Positions 1-8,966 are shown, counted from the first letter of the stretch. The stretch is 35,222 nt of DNA from an uncultured virus (IMG/VR IMGVR_UViG_2724679563_000003) (IMGVR_UViG_2724679563_000003:124001-159222); one strand, 5' to 3'. Made by a program: numbers and translations. Notes: generated from the letters alone by a model not told the origin.

Positions 1-518
1 AAATTATTTTGCCTTTTCCTTATCTGTGAATTTTCTTTTTCCTGAAAATATATGTAATTATCATTGATATTGTTCTCAATTATTGCCATCATGTAATTAA
101 TTTTATTTCTTTCATTTTTAAATTGTTTGTTATTAAAAACCCATTCTATTTTATCTGATTGAGATAAAAATGTATCTAATATAACTTCATATTTATAACC
201 TTCTTTTGATTTTACAACCCTTCCAATCCCCTTTTGCATCACAGTACCATTTCTTAAATCTTGTAACCTTGTAATTAAATAATTAGGTAATAATTGTTCA
301 TTTGTATATCCTAATATTATTTTGATATGATTATATAATTCATCAAACCATTTTAATTCATTAGATTTAAACTCCATTAAATCATCATATTCTTTTTCAC
401 ATTGTTTATGTATCTTTGTTTTTTTTTCTTTACCTTTTGAATTTATATCTATTTTAATTATTAAATCTTCCTTTTTTATAGCTTCTCCACAATATTTACA
501 CTTTGGTAGTCTTGGCAA
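1..518 (-). CDS. Partial (3' end beyond window) phage replication-region protein with N-terminal CxxC; YorH-like by position
   Basis: Not in ORF track. GGAGG SD at 526-530, TTG start at 518, open frame MPRLPKCKYCGEAIKKEDL... to window edge; lies downstream of the YorG-like NTPase as yorH does in SPbeta (synteny inference). Confidence 0.7.
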   Translation of the reverse strand, partial: MPRLPKCKYCGEAIKKEDLIIKIDINSKGKEKKTKIHKQCEKEYDDLMEFKSNELKWFDELYNHIKIILGYTNEQLLPNYLITRLQDLRNGTVMQKGIGRVVKSKEGYKYEVILDTFLSQSDKIEWVFNNKQFKNERNKINYMMAIIENNINDNYIYFQEKENSQIRKRQNN

Positions 519-541
519 TCCTATCCCTCCTTTTTATAAAT

Positions 542-564
542 AAGAGGGATTTTAAATCCCTCTT
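542..564. terminator. Intergenic hairpin (possible terminator or mRNA-stabilising stem)
   Basis: aagagggattt-t-aaatccctctt perfect inverted repeat between the 570 stop and the SD of the next gene; only a short U-run follows. Confidence 0.45.
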
Positions 565-569
565 TATAC

Positions 570-1640
570 TTATGAAATTAACTCATACATATTTTCTACT
601 ATTTCTCTATGTGATTCATTTAACTCATCTAAGGATTCTATTTCTGCTTCTTGTACATATTCTTGCATCTTTAGTTTAGCACCATCTCCCAAATCTCCAA
701 ATCCTTCCTTGATTTTAGAAACCATATCTTCTATTGATGCTTTTTTAGTATATTCTTTAGCTTTTTCCTCTGATTCTTTTTGTTGTTTTTTAGCCATTTC
801 TTCTATTTCTTCATTGGATACAGTTTTTAGTATAGATGATTTAACACCTTGTCCAAAAGCTTTTAAATAATTTTCTACTGAATATGATAATTTCGTAGGT
901 AAATCTGTAAACCTACCCCCACAATCTATTGCTCCATCACTTCTAAAATGCATATTTACTTTGCTTTTTGCTGTTCTTTTCTTTGCATCTTGTATAGAAT
1001 CATTTACTTCTTTTTCAACTACTAAATATGTAATCATATCCGCCATATCTTCAAAAACATTTGCATAATCATTCGTTAAATTACAACTTAATTGCATATA
1101 TTCTTGTTCTTCACCTAATACAGCTCCTGTATTTTTCTTTTTAAGTTTTGTATGTCCAATAAGAAATAAACCATATCCTCCATTGTGTAATCTATCTAAA
1201 GAATTTCTCATTAAATCAATACAATAATCTTTTCCTCTATTAAATCCTCCAAATGCTTCATTAAGTGTTTTAACTATTTTTCCATCTTTCTTTTTGGAAT
1301 CTTTCAATGTTTTATCTCTAGCCATTTTAAAGAAATAATCTATAGTATCTATCGCAATAAACCTATAACTTATTTTTTCTCTATCTTCTACAAATTCTTC
1401 TACATAATCCTCCCAATCATCCCAATCTTCTATTTTTTCAGCATGTAAACCATCTAGTGCTTTAAACCCATTTTCAAAGCCTGCTAAAAATCCTTTTGAC
1501 ATATCACCATCATAATGCTTATGTACTAAATCTCTAAACAAAGTTGATTTACCAGTCTTTTTTTCTCCTAGTATTAAATGAATATAGTCCTCTAATCTTA
1601 CTTTTACCTCTACAGGTTTAACATTACTTAATCTTCCCAT
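570..1640 (-). CDS. Sak4-like / AAA_24 P-loop NTPase (phage annealing/recombination protein; SPbeta YorG-like)
   Basis: Walker A GEKKTGKST, Walker B IAIDTID, GGFNRG and LIGHTK segments, terminal GGRF typical of AAA_24; SD GGAGG. Confidence 0.8.
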   Translation of the reverse strand: MGRLSNVKPVEVKVRLEDYIHLILGEKKTGKSTLFRDLVHKHYDGDMSKGFLAGFENGFKALDGLHAEKIEDWDDWEDYVEEFVEDREKISYRFIAIDTIDYFFKMARDKTLKDSKKKDGKIVKTLNEAFGGFNRGKDYCIDLMRNSLDRLHNGGYGLFLIGHTKLKKKNTGAVLGEEQEYMQLSCNLTNDYANVFEDMADMITYLVVEKEVNDSIQDAKKRTAKSKVNMHFRSDGAIDCGGRFTDLPTKLSYSVENYLKAFGQGVKSSILKTVSNEEIEEMAKKQQKESEEKAKEYTKKASIEDMVSKIKEGFGDLGDGAKLKMQEYVQEAEIESLDELNESHREIVENMYELIS

Positions 1641-1693
1641 GTAACAAACTCCTCCTTATATATTATAGAATTACTTTATATTCACAAATCGAC

Positions 1694-2965
1694 TTATTTA
1701 AACATAGCATCAAATGATTTTGTAACATCTGATTTTAATTTTTCTTCTTTCTTTTCTTGTTCTTCTTTGATTTCTTCTTTTACTTCGTTTATTTTATTTT
1801 CTATTGTTGGTGGTATTAAATCTTCTACTGTTAAATCTTCCATCAATGTTTTATTTTCTTCGCCTAAAGGCATAACTAATTTTAATTCCTTTATTTTATC
1901 ACCTACTGAACTACCTCTCATTTGCTTTATAGCTTGTTCAAGAGTGATAAAACCTAATTTAACTCTTTTTTGAAGGTCTTTTGATAAATCCTTTTCTGTT
2001 AATTCTGCTTCTTCATTACCTTCAAATATTAAATATCTCCATTGAGTTAAATACACTTTTTCTTTCTTAGCACTTTCAAATACATCTACTAAATACTCTA
2101 CTCTTGCTTTTATATCTTCATTTTCCCAATCAACATTTGGACTTGAAAAATCTAATATGTAATTTACAGGAACAGGAGTTATTACTTTGTCATTATTTTT
2201 ATAAGTTCTATGTCCTTGTATATAATATTTTTTTGATTTCTTAAAATCAGATTTGTCAAACCCATCTTTTTCAAAATAAAAATTAGTTGTTCCCTCTGCT
2301 GTGTTTTCTTCATCATCTTTAGCTACCCTTATTTGATCTATTATTCTATTAAATCTAGTTTTTAATTGATTATCATGCTGACTTATGTATTGATTTATTT
2401 CAGTATGTCCATATATGTATATTTTTTGACCATTTTTGAGATGTTTTTTAACATAATCTATAGCATCTCCAGCAAATATAAATTCTTTGTTTTTATAAAT
2501 TATTTTTCCATCCTCATCTGTTTTTGGTTGGCTCACTATATTACCATTCCCATCATCTACTCCAATGGTTTCAGGTTCTAATGATACTCTTATTCTATTA
2601 TAATAAGGAACTTTATCTATCATTTCTTGTTCAAATCTCTTTTCAAATGGTATATTATCTTCTACCCATTTATCTTCTTGCATTTCTCCATTATATACCC
2701 AATTTTGTTTTTTATTAGGCTTGCCCTTCTTATCTAAACCTGTTTCATTCTTTGTTTTTTCTATTGTTTCATCTGACCAAAAACCAGCTTCCAACTCAAC
2801 ATATATCTTATTTAAATCTGAAACCTTTACTCCTAGATTTAATCTCTTCTTCATCCATCCATTCTTTCCTAATGGCTCTGTTTTAACATATCTGTCCATA
2901 TCCTTATTAATCATTGCTTCTCCGATTAACACAAAGTTCTCCTTAACTTGATTTAAATTTGCCAT
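1694..2965 (-). CDS. Phage replication-region protein, YorF-like (possible ssDNA-binding OB-fold protein)
   Basis: Long acidic beta-rich ORF directly upstream of the Sak4-like gene; start moved to ATG 2965 (AGGGG SD at 2976-2980). Function is synteny inference. Confidence 0.5.
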   Translation of the reverse strand: MANLNQVKENFVLIGEAMINKDMDRYVKTEPLGKNGWMKKRLNLGVKVSDLNKIYVELEAGFWSDETIEKTKNETGLDKKGKPNKKQNWVYNGEMQEDKWVEDNIPFEKRFEQEMIDKVPYYNRIRVSLEPETIGVDDGNGNIVSQPKTDEDGKIIYKNKEFIFAGDAIDYVKKHLKNGQKIYIYGHTEINQYISQHDNQLKTRFNRIIDQIRVAKDDEENTAEGTTNFYFEKDGFDKSDFKKSKKYYIQGHRTYKNNDKVITPVPVNYILDFSSPNVDWENEDIKARVEYLVDVFESAKKEKVYLTQWRYLIFEGNEEAELTEKDLSKDLQKRVKLGFITLEQAIKQMRGSSVGDKIKELKLVMPLGEENKTLMEDLTVEDLIPPTIENKINEVKEEIKEEQEKKEEKLKSDVTKSFDAMFK

Positions 2966-3036
2966 ATATGTATTTCCCCTTTCAATTTTCAAGAATATTT
3001 TATTAAATTATTTTATTTTAGTATTAATTTTTTATA

Positions 3037-3219
3037 TTATAAGGTCTTTAAATATTGTATATCTTCTAATCTAAACATTTCAATTAAGTCCATATTGTTT
3101 TCAATAATAAAAGTATTACATTGAATATCAATTAGCTTACCTTTAAAACATTCTTCACTACATGTTTGTACTTTTATTATATGCCCTATATCCTTTTTAA
3201 AAGTATTTTCTCCAATCAT
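3037..3219 (-). CDS. Hypothetical protein (small beta-barrel-like)
   Basis: ORF with AAGGA SD, on the coding strand. Confidence 0.6.
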   Translation of the reverse strand: MIGENTFKKDIGHIIKVQTCSEECFKGKLIDIQCNTFIIENNMDLIEMFRLEDIQYLKTL

Positions 3220-3342
3220 TTTTATTTCCTTTCTTTAATTTTCTTTATAAGTCAGTTTGGATAAAATTCATGCTTTATCTACTTTGTATTTATAGGTGGA
3301 CTATTCACTCTTTTAATCACTTTCCATCTTTGATTTGAAACT

Positions 3343-3852
3343 TTAATATGTATCACATCCTTTAATATTTTCTAGAGCTATCCCTAATTTATCAGCATTT
3401 ATTGTAACTGTATCTACCCAATCTTTAATCTTATAAGTACAGTAAATAGTGTTTTTATAATTCACATATTCTTTTGGTACAGATATTTCTTTATTACCTT
3501 TTGTATCTATTTGTAGTATCTTAGCATTATCTTCAAATTCTACATAAACCTTACTATCTTTTAATGGTATATTTTTTAGAATTATAATACCATTTTTTAT
3601 TAAATATTCTTCTTTAATAACATACATTTCTTCCAATCGTTGTTTTACGTCCATATCTCTTGTATCTTCTATTATGTTACTACACACTCTCTTTATTTCG
3701 TCTAAAGTAGTAATTTTTATTATTTTATTTTCAAAGTCTGAAATCACACATTTGTTATCGTTAATGTATTTAATTTTATATTTATTTTCTTGTTTATCTG
3801 TAATTAATAAGTCTTCAATGTCCATTTCAAACATTCCATTTGATATAACCAT
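3343..3852 (-). CDS. Hypothetical protein
   Basis: 169 aa ORF, AAGGTGA SD. Confidence 0.7.
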   Translation of the reverse strand: MVISNGMFEMDIEDLLITDKQENKYKIKYINDNKCVISDFENKIIKITTLDEIKRVCSNIIEDTRDMDVKQRLEEMYVIKEEYLIKNGIIILKNIPLKDSKVYVEFEDNAKILQIDTKGNKEISVPKEYVNYKNTIYCTYKIKDWVDTVTINADKLGIALENIKGCDTY

Positions 3853-3895
3853 TTACTCACCTTCTCAATATTGTATCAAATTGTTTTATGTTTGC

Positions 3896-4180
3896 TTATT
3901 CTTTATTCATATGTACATTTATTAAATCATTGTTTGGGAAATATGTAGTGAACCCTTTAGCTTCTAAATACTTTTTCAGATTCATAAAATTTTCCTCGGT
4001 CTTTTTAAAGTCTCCATAGTTATTTATATCTAGCTCAAAATAGTCATCGTTCCTTTCTAAGCTCTTAATAAAGTCTTTTTCTATTTGTTTTAATAACTTT
4101 TCATTTTTCTTTTCATAATCTTCTTTAAATTTATCTTTTGCTTTCTTTTGAATGAAATTCAATTCCTCTAAGTTCAACAT
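3896..4180 (-). CDS. Hypothetical protein
   Basis: 94 aa ORF, GGAGG SD. Confidence 0.7.
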   Translation of the reverse strand: MLNLEELNFIQKKAKDKFKEDYEKKNEKLLKQIEKDFIKSLERNDDYFELDINNYGDFKKTEENFMNLKKYLEAKGFTTYFPNNDLINVHMNKE

Positions 4181-4193
4181 TTTTATTACCTCC

Positions 4194-4862
4194 TTATTTT
4201 ATATCATTTAGTTTTTGTGTTGCTTTTAAATATTGTTTTATCTTAGCGTCATAATAGGTGATTTTCATTATTTTTACTCTACTTTCTCCTTTTAGTCGTT
4301 TTTCAGATTTTGTACCATCCTGTAAAATAACAGTTAACATATCATTTTCGATTTCTACTATTATATTTTCATATTTATTTTCTATTTCATTAAATGTTGT
4401 TGCTTTATATTCTTCTTTAGCTTTTCTAACTAATTCTATATCTTCTGGATTAACATATAAAGGATTTAATTCATCTAGTTGTATTAAGACTTTATCCATT
4501 CCTTCACAATACTCTAGGAATTTACATTCTTTATCTGATAATGATTTATATTCGCCATCTATTATTCTTATTACATCATTTTTGTTTAATTTTCTGATAT
4601 CTGTAACTATTTCTTTTTTATTTTCCTTATTCATTTTTGACACAGTTTTATGATTAGTACTCTTATTATCTTCTTTATTAATTCTTTTTATCATATCATT
4701 TAGATCAATATGAAAAGTATTGTTAATTTTATTTTCTTTTGCTCGTTCCTTTGTATCTTTCTTCTTTCTTGAATCTTCTTGACTTGCATAGTTTTGATAA
4801 CTATTTCTATCTTTCTCACATTCTTTTGTTATTTCTTCAAGTATCACATCTAATAAATTCAT
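4194..4862 (-). CDS. Hypothetical protein
   Basis: 222 aa ORF, GGAGG SD, downstream of a sigma-A-type promoter. Confidence 0.75.
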   Translation of the reverse strand: MNLLDVILEEITKECEKDRNSYQNYASQEDSRKKKDTKERAKENKINNTFHIDLNDMIKRINKEDNKSTNHKTVSKMNKENKKEIVTDIRKLNKNDVIRIIDGEYKSLSDKECKFLEYCEGMDKVLIQLDELNPLYVNPEDIELVRKAKEEYKATTFNEIENKYENIIVEIENDMLTVILQDGTKSEKRLKGESRVKIMKITYYDAKIKQYLKATQKLNDIK

Positions 4863-4917
4863 AACTTTAAATCCCTCCGTTTAATTAATTGTTGTTTTTC
4901 ATTTATCTTACTATTTT

Positions 4918-4946
4918 AGTATATCATGTTATTTTAATCTTGTCAA
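4918..4946 (-). promoter_or_regulatory. Sigma-A promoter
   Basis: TTGACA (4941-4946), 17 bp, TG-n-TATACT (4918-4923); near-match operator box overlaps the -35. Confidence 0.75.
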
Positions 4947-5013
4947 ATTGTTTTGTATTTGTGATATTTTTTAAGATAAATCCTACAAATCAATGCGTTT
5001 ATCTTATAAATAT

Positions 5014-5042
5014 ATATTACCAAATTATTTTACATTTGTCAA
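5014..5042 (-). promoter_or_regulatory. Sigma-A promoter (tandem, upstream of the previous one)
   Basis: TTGACA (5037-5042), 17 bp, TG-n-TAATAT; operator box 5022-5032 lies in the spacer. Confidence 0.6.
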
Positions 5043-5055
5043 ATTCTATTTTTTA

Positions 5056-5403
5056 TTAAATAGCTACCCATTTATTAACTATTATTGTCTCTTCTTTTTG
5101 TTCTACCATATATGGTTTTTTATAATCATAGTAATAATCACTATAGTACGAACCAGTTCTGTTTACATCTTGTTTAATATATAAATTCAAAGGTTTATCA
5201 ATTTTCCAAGCACACTCCTTATTAGCAGTACCTATTCTAAATACATTTGAACTATATTCATACTTCCCTTCACTAATCCAATCTTCCTCTTCTATTTGTT
5301 CTAACGCATATGTAACCCCCTCTATTTCAAAGTTGTCACAGCATTCTAAATTTTCACTTCCACACTCATCTACAATTCTTTTACCTATTTCTTGTAAATT
5401 CAT
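5056..5403 (-). CDS. Hypothetical phage protein (RTGSYYSDYYY motif)
   Basis: Start moved to ATG 5403 behind GGAGG SD. Confidence 0.7.
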   Translation of the reverse strand: MNLQEIGKRIVDECGSENLECCDNFEIEGVTYALEQIEEEDWISEGKYEYSSNVFRIGTANKECAWKIDKPLNLYIKQDVNRTGSYYSDYYYDYKKPYMVEQKEETIIVNKWVAI

Positions 5404-5434
5404 AACGAATCCTCCTTTTATATTATATAGCCTC

Positions 5435-6256
5435 TTATTCGGCTGCATTAAAATTAATCTCCAATAGTTTTCGACTACTTAAATAATCACATAAGTGTAC
5501 GAATTTCTGCATTTCTGTTACAGGCTTATCTAAAACTTCTTGCTTTGTTCTAAAATCCATTACCCATTCACCCATATGGGTAGCAATACAATCACATATA
5601 ATATTTACATCTTCCTTAGGTAATGCATTTTGATTCATTTTTTTTATGAAATCACTAGCTACAATAGGATGTTTTATTTCATATTTACCACCTTCTAAGC
5701 CTTGTTTAAAGGTATCATGTAGAATAATAGAAGATAACATCAAGGATTTTTCTCTATTGTTAAAGTTCCCACATATAGTATTATTTCTAAATAATTCTAA
5801 AGCTATTAATCCTGATGACAAAGTGTGTCTTAACAAACCACCTTTTCCTAAAGAATACGTAGGATGATGCCTTCCTAAAGTAGATGCTGGTTCAATATAA
5901 AAATAGTTTGGTACTTTATTTAGAACTTCTATTGTAAAGTTATATATATCTTCTGGTAAAGTTTTTAATAAAGGATTAAATATACTCCATTTACAATCAT
6001 TATATAACTTAACTTCTTTTTTAGTATAATTTAGATCAACTTCTTCATCTATGTTTAAATTATCTGCTCCAAACAATTCTATTAGTTTATGTATAGATTC
6101 TTGTGAAAGTTCCCATTCTTTTGTTTCAAAATGATAATGTCTAGGTTTAATTGTTTTTATCCCTTTAATTATATCGAGATTGTAAAAGAAGCTAACAAAT
6201 AAACTTTTATCACAATCATTTATTTTTTCACTGTTATTTAATTTTATAGTAATCAT
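5435..6256 (-). CDS. HD-domain phosphohydrolase (YhaM-like) with N-terminal HARP-like domain
   Basis: HHP...GGLLRHT...ILHDTFK...HP...THMG...HLCD metal-binding pattern; N-terminal FVSFFYN..IIKGIKTI..RHY....KEW resembles HARP. Confidence 0.7.
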   Translation of the reverse strand: MITIKLNNSEKINDCDKSLFVSFFYNLDIIKGIKTIKPRHYHFETKEWELSQESIHKLIELFGADNLNIDEEVDLNYTKKEVKLYNDCKWSIFNPLLKTLPEDIYNFTIEVLNKVPNYFYIEPASTLGRHHPTYSLGKGGLLRHTLSSGLIALELFRNNTICGNFNNREKSLMLSSIILHDTFKQGLEGGKYEIKHPIVASDFIKKMNQNALPKEDVNIICDCIATHMGEWVMDFRTKQEVLDKPVTEMQKFVHLCDYLSSRKLLEINFNAAE

Positions 6257-6330
6257 ATAAAGTTCTCTTCCTTCCTTTATTATTATTAAATTATTTTAAA
6301 TTCAACTTTGCATAAAAACTAGATTTTAAA

Positions 6331-8031
6331 TTAACTTATTTTCTTGTTATGTAATTTCAAATAATCCTCGTAATACATCCATTTTAAATTTTCTCCTGTA
6401 ATTGGATGTATACCTGTTGATTTTCTTTCTCCTTTGCAGCACGAACTCACTTTGCTTTTAGTCAATAAATATTTTTTTTCAGCACTTACTATAGAATTAA
6501 AAATTTCATTAGTAGTTAAACAAATTATAGTTCTGGCATTTTTACCACCGACCTTTCGACTATTACTTCTTATTTCTTGCTTAGGATTATAATTGCACCA
6601 ATTAATTTTACTTCCGATTTTTAAATATCGTATGACAGTACCTCTTGATAATTTAGATTTTATAGCTATATCTTTTGTGCTATGTATTCCATTTTCCCAA
6701 TATGTACAAATTTCTTTTACTCTATTTGATAAAGCAAACTTTTCACATTCATACCAATTTATTTTATTTAAATTAAAAATCTTAGACAATTGAGATTTTA
6801 ATAAATTTTGTTTTATTATATCCAATCCTATATTACTAGTATTAATTACTATGTATTTTTCATGTTTCACACCATTAGCTACAGCTAAGTCTTTTTTTAA
6901 TCTATCATTTTGTTGTTCTAATTCTAAAGAACGACCTCTGCCTGTATATCTATAATGTTGACCTCCATGTGTTTCTATTATACAATTTATTGATGGTATA
7001 AAAAAATCATACCTTTTATTTCCATTCAGTTTAGAATTTTGACATTTAATATTTTTACTCCATTCAAACTCTTTTTCTATTTCAAATTCTATATGTAGTT
7101 GATTTAAAACATTAAAAACAAATTTTTCACCATAAGATTTTCCATCGCTACATTTTGAACAAGAAAATCCGTATATGTATAAGTGACTTATTTTCATCTT
7201 TTTTTTATATCCACAATCTGGACACATCATTAAAATTTTTTTATTACTCGAATAACTATATTTATAAATGTCTTCTATATTTACAAAATATTTTGTTAAA
7301 TACGGATGCGTTGTAGCAATGTCATTTATTCCTCTTACTACTTTTCTACAAGGAATACAACATACAGGGCATATACCTCTATTATCTTTTAAATGAGCTT
7401 CTGATGTTTTTCCAATATAACCACATTTTAAACATTTATAGTTATATCCTTTCCGAGGAGCTTGTTCCCCATTTTTCACTTTAATATAATTTATAATTTT
7501 TACACCTTTAACAATATCTTCTTTATTATATATGTATTCATCTGTTCTTTTTCCTAATATAACATTTAACTTACCTGTTAACAGTGTTTGTGTTGTAATC
7601 ATAAAAGTTTTACTATTATAAATAATTTTTAATTGTTGATTTTTCGAATCATAATTTAATACTTTTAATTCTCCTATTATATCTTCACATTTAAATTTAA
7701 TTTTTTTATTAATAGAGTTTGTCCAATTAACACCTTGTTTTGTGTTACCAACTTCACTAACATCTATATATCCGTTTTCAGTAGTTATTTTTGGGTTTAA
7801 AGTTATTAATTTGCTTATTTTATTTTCTATTAAACTTGCTCTATCTATAAAATTTAAATTTTTATTATACATCAAGCAAATTTTTCTTCCATCATAACTA
7901 ATTATTTTAAATTCGCCATTAATATTATCATAAATAAATGGAATTATTGATCCTATTGAATTTTTCCAATCTATTATTTCTTTTCCCAATCTATATTTTT
8001 TAGGTAAATTATTTAAAAATACTTTTTTCAT
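6331..8031 (-). CDS. Free-standing homing-endonuclease-like protein: zinc ribbons, VSR/DUF559-like PD-(D/E)xK nuclease, C-terminal NUMOD1-like HTH
   Basis: CLKCG/CPVC/CPDCG/CSKC pairs; SYGEKF...RYDFFIP..NCIIETHGGQHY...NDRLK; C-terminal ICLTTNEIFNSIVSA...VSSCCKG. Confidence 0.75.
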   Translation of the reverse strand: MKKVFLNNLPKKYRLGKEIIDWKNSIGSIIPFIYDNINGEFKIISYDGRKICLMYNKNLNFIDRASLIENKISKLITLNPKITTENGYIDVSEVGNTKQGVNWTNSINKKIKFKCEDIIGELKVLNYDSKNQQLKIIYNSKTFMITTQTLLTGKLNVILGKRTDEYIYNKEDIVKGVKIINYIKVKNGEQAPRKGYNYKCLKCGYIGKTSEAHLKDNRGICPVCCIPCRKVVRGINDIATTHPYLTKYFVNIEDIYKYSYSSNKKILMMCPDCGYKKKMKISHLYIYGFSCSKCSDGKSYGEKFVFNVLNQLHIEFEIEKEFEWSKNIKCQNSKLNGNKRYDFFIPSINCIIETHGGQHYRYTGRGRSLELEQQNDRLKKDLAVANGVKHEKYIVINTSNIGLDIIKQNLLKSQLSKIFNLNKINWYECEKFALSNRVKEICTYWENGIHSTKDIAIKSKLSRGTVIRYLKIGSKINWCNYNPKQEIRSNSRKVGGKNARTIICLTTNEIFNSIVSAEKKYLLTKSKVSSCCKGERKSTGIHPITGENLKWMYYEDYLKLHNKKIS

Positions 8032-8041
8032 TTTATACCTA

Positions 8042-8087
8042 CTCCTTTAGGAGGTGTAGCTACACTTTATTACTTGCAAGTTCTCCT
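8042..8087 (-). promoter_or_regulatory. Structured translational leader of the endonuclease gene
   Basis: On the mRNA: AGGAG (8083-87), palindrome ACTTGCAAGT (8072-81), palindrome GTGTAGCTACAC (8054-65), CTCCT (8049-53), true SD AGGAG (8042-46). Confidence 0.55.
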
Positions 8088-8140
8088 TTTGTTTTATCGA
8101 ATTATTTTTTATTTATGATAAAATGTTTATTTTAAATTAT

Positions 8141-8168
8141 TGTTTGCAATATCTTTGAATTACGAATT
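8141..8168. repeat. 28-bp dif-like (11-6-11) site S1
   Basis: TGTTTGCAATA-TCTTTG-AATTACGAATT; overlaps stop codon 8167-8169. Confidence 0.6.
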
Positions 8169-8376
8169 AATCAACACCTACTTCTTTTACAGTTCTTTTA
8201 TTTACATTTACATAAAATTCTTTATCATTATTTCTTTGAATATTTTCAGCAATATCCACTATATCATCAGTCATTTCAACACATTCTATTGCATATTCCC
8301 TATCTTCATAATCATTCATTGGTACTCTAACCACACCTTTAATTAAAACTTTCATTTCATAATATTTTTTACTCAT
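8167..8376 (-). CDS. Small hypothetical protein (cassette-like)
   Basis: 69 aa, AAGGG SD, bounded by S1 and S2. Confidence 0.7.
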   Translation of the reverse strand: MSKKYYEMKVLIKGVVRVPMNDYEDREYAIECVEMTDDIVDIAENIQRNNDKEFYVNVNKRTVKEVGVD

Positions 8377-8389
8377 TTAATCAACCCTT

Positions 8390-8417
8390 TCTCCGCAATA
8401 TCTTTGAAATGTGTCAC
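8390..8417. repeat. 28-bp dif-like site S2
   Basis: TCTCCGCAATA-TCTTTG-AAATGTGTCAC; shares 14 bp gcaatatctttgaa with S1; touches stop codon 8417-8419. Confidence 0.6.
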
Positions 8418-8575
8418 TAACTTTCCCTATTATTAGGAATATCAACCGTTGTTGAAATTGTTGGCTGTCTATCTATAATATTTTTCAAACAAATCATTAA
8501 ATTAGCCTGTTGCATGAACTCTAAATCGTTACATTTTATTTCTTCAAAAAGTTTATCAGCATCTATAAATCTCAT
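8417..8575 (-). CDS. Small phage protein of the MR(L/F)IDAD type
   Basis: Start moved to ATG 8575 behind AAGGAG SD; MRFIDADKLFEEI...IIDRQPT. Confidence 0.7.
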   Translation of the reverse strand: MRFIDADKLFEEIKCNDLEFMQQANLMICLKNIIDRQPTISTTVDIPNNRES

Positions 8576-8592
8576 TTTCTTAGCTCCTTTCT

Positions 8593-8620
8593 TATTCACA
8601 ATATAATCAAATTGGGAATT
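8593..8620. repeat. 28-bp dif-like site S3
   Basis: TATTCACAATA-TAATCA-AATTGGGAATT; overlaps stop codon 8619-8621 in the same register as S1. Confidence 0.55.
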
Positions 8621-8780
8621 ATTCCTCGTATTCAAAGTCATAACAATCATGGTCTAAGACTTCAACTATCCCATTTTTATCTTTAATAATTTCGTGACCT
8701 TCTAAACAAATCCAATTACTTTTTTTATCTTCACAAACACAATTTTTACAATCCAAACAATCATTTTTATTAATACTCAT
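8619..8780 (-). CDS. Small Cys-rich protein (53 aa)
   Basis: Not in track; GGAGG SD; MSINKNDCLDCKNCVCEDKKSNWICLEGH...DCYDFEYEE. Confidence 0.65.
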   Translation of the reverse strand: MSINKNDCLDCKNCVCEDKKSNWICLEGHEIIKDKNGIVEVLDHDCYDFEYEE

Positions 8781-8793
8781 ACTTCCTCCGTTT

Positions 8794-8821
8794 ATTTTAT
8801 CTTTATTTCAAACTGCGAATT
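8794..8821. repeat. 28-bp dif-like site S4 (left arm degenerate)
   Basis: ATTTTATCTTT-ATTTCA-AACTGCGAATT; overlaps stop codon 8820-8822 in the same register as S1 and S3. Confidence 0.45.
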
Positions 8822-8966
8822 AATTGCTTCTGTCTTTTGATCGAAATATCTCACATTTCTTTATATAATTGCAAGGCGTTCTACTTCCCATAATACCTAA
8901 TATTTGTCTACAATTATCGTCTTTATCTCTAAAAAAACAAATATCACATTTTTCTCTTTGCTCCAT
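8820..8966 (-). CDS. Small Cys-rich protein (48 aa)
   Basis: Not in track; GGAGG SD; MEQREKCDICFFRDKDDNCRQ...PCNYIKKCEIF. Confidence 0.65.
   Translation of the reverse strand: MEQREKCDICFFRDKDDNCRQILGIMGSRTPCNYIKKCEIFRSKDRSN

Noticed and set aside
6331..8031. Group I intron or intein hosting the endonuclease
   Set aside because: Flanking genes are complete and flanking non-coding DNA is too short for an intron core.
8141..8821. dif-like sites as CRISPR repeats or integron attC sites
   Set aside because: Intervening DNA is whole ORFs, the repeats are divergent, and there is no long attC hairpin with GTTRRRY ends; the recombinase shows no IntI-specific insertion I can recognise.
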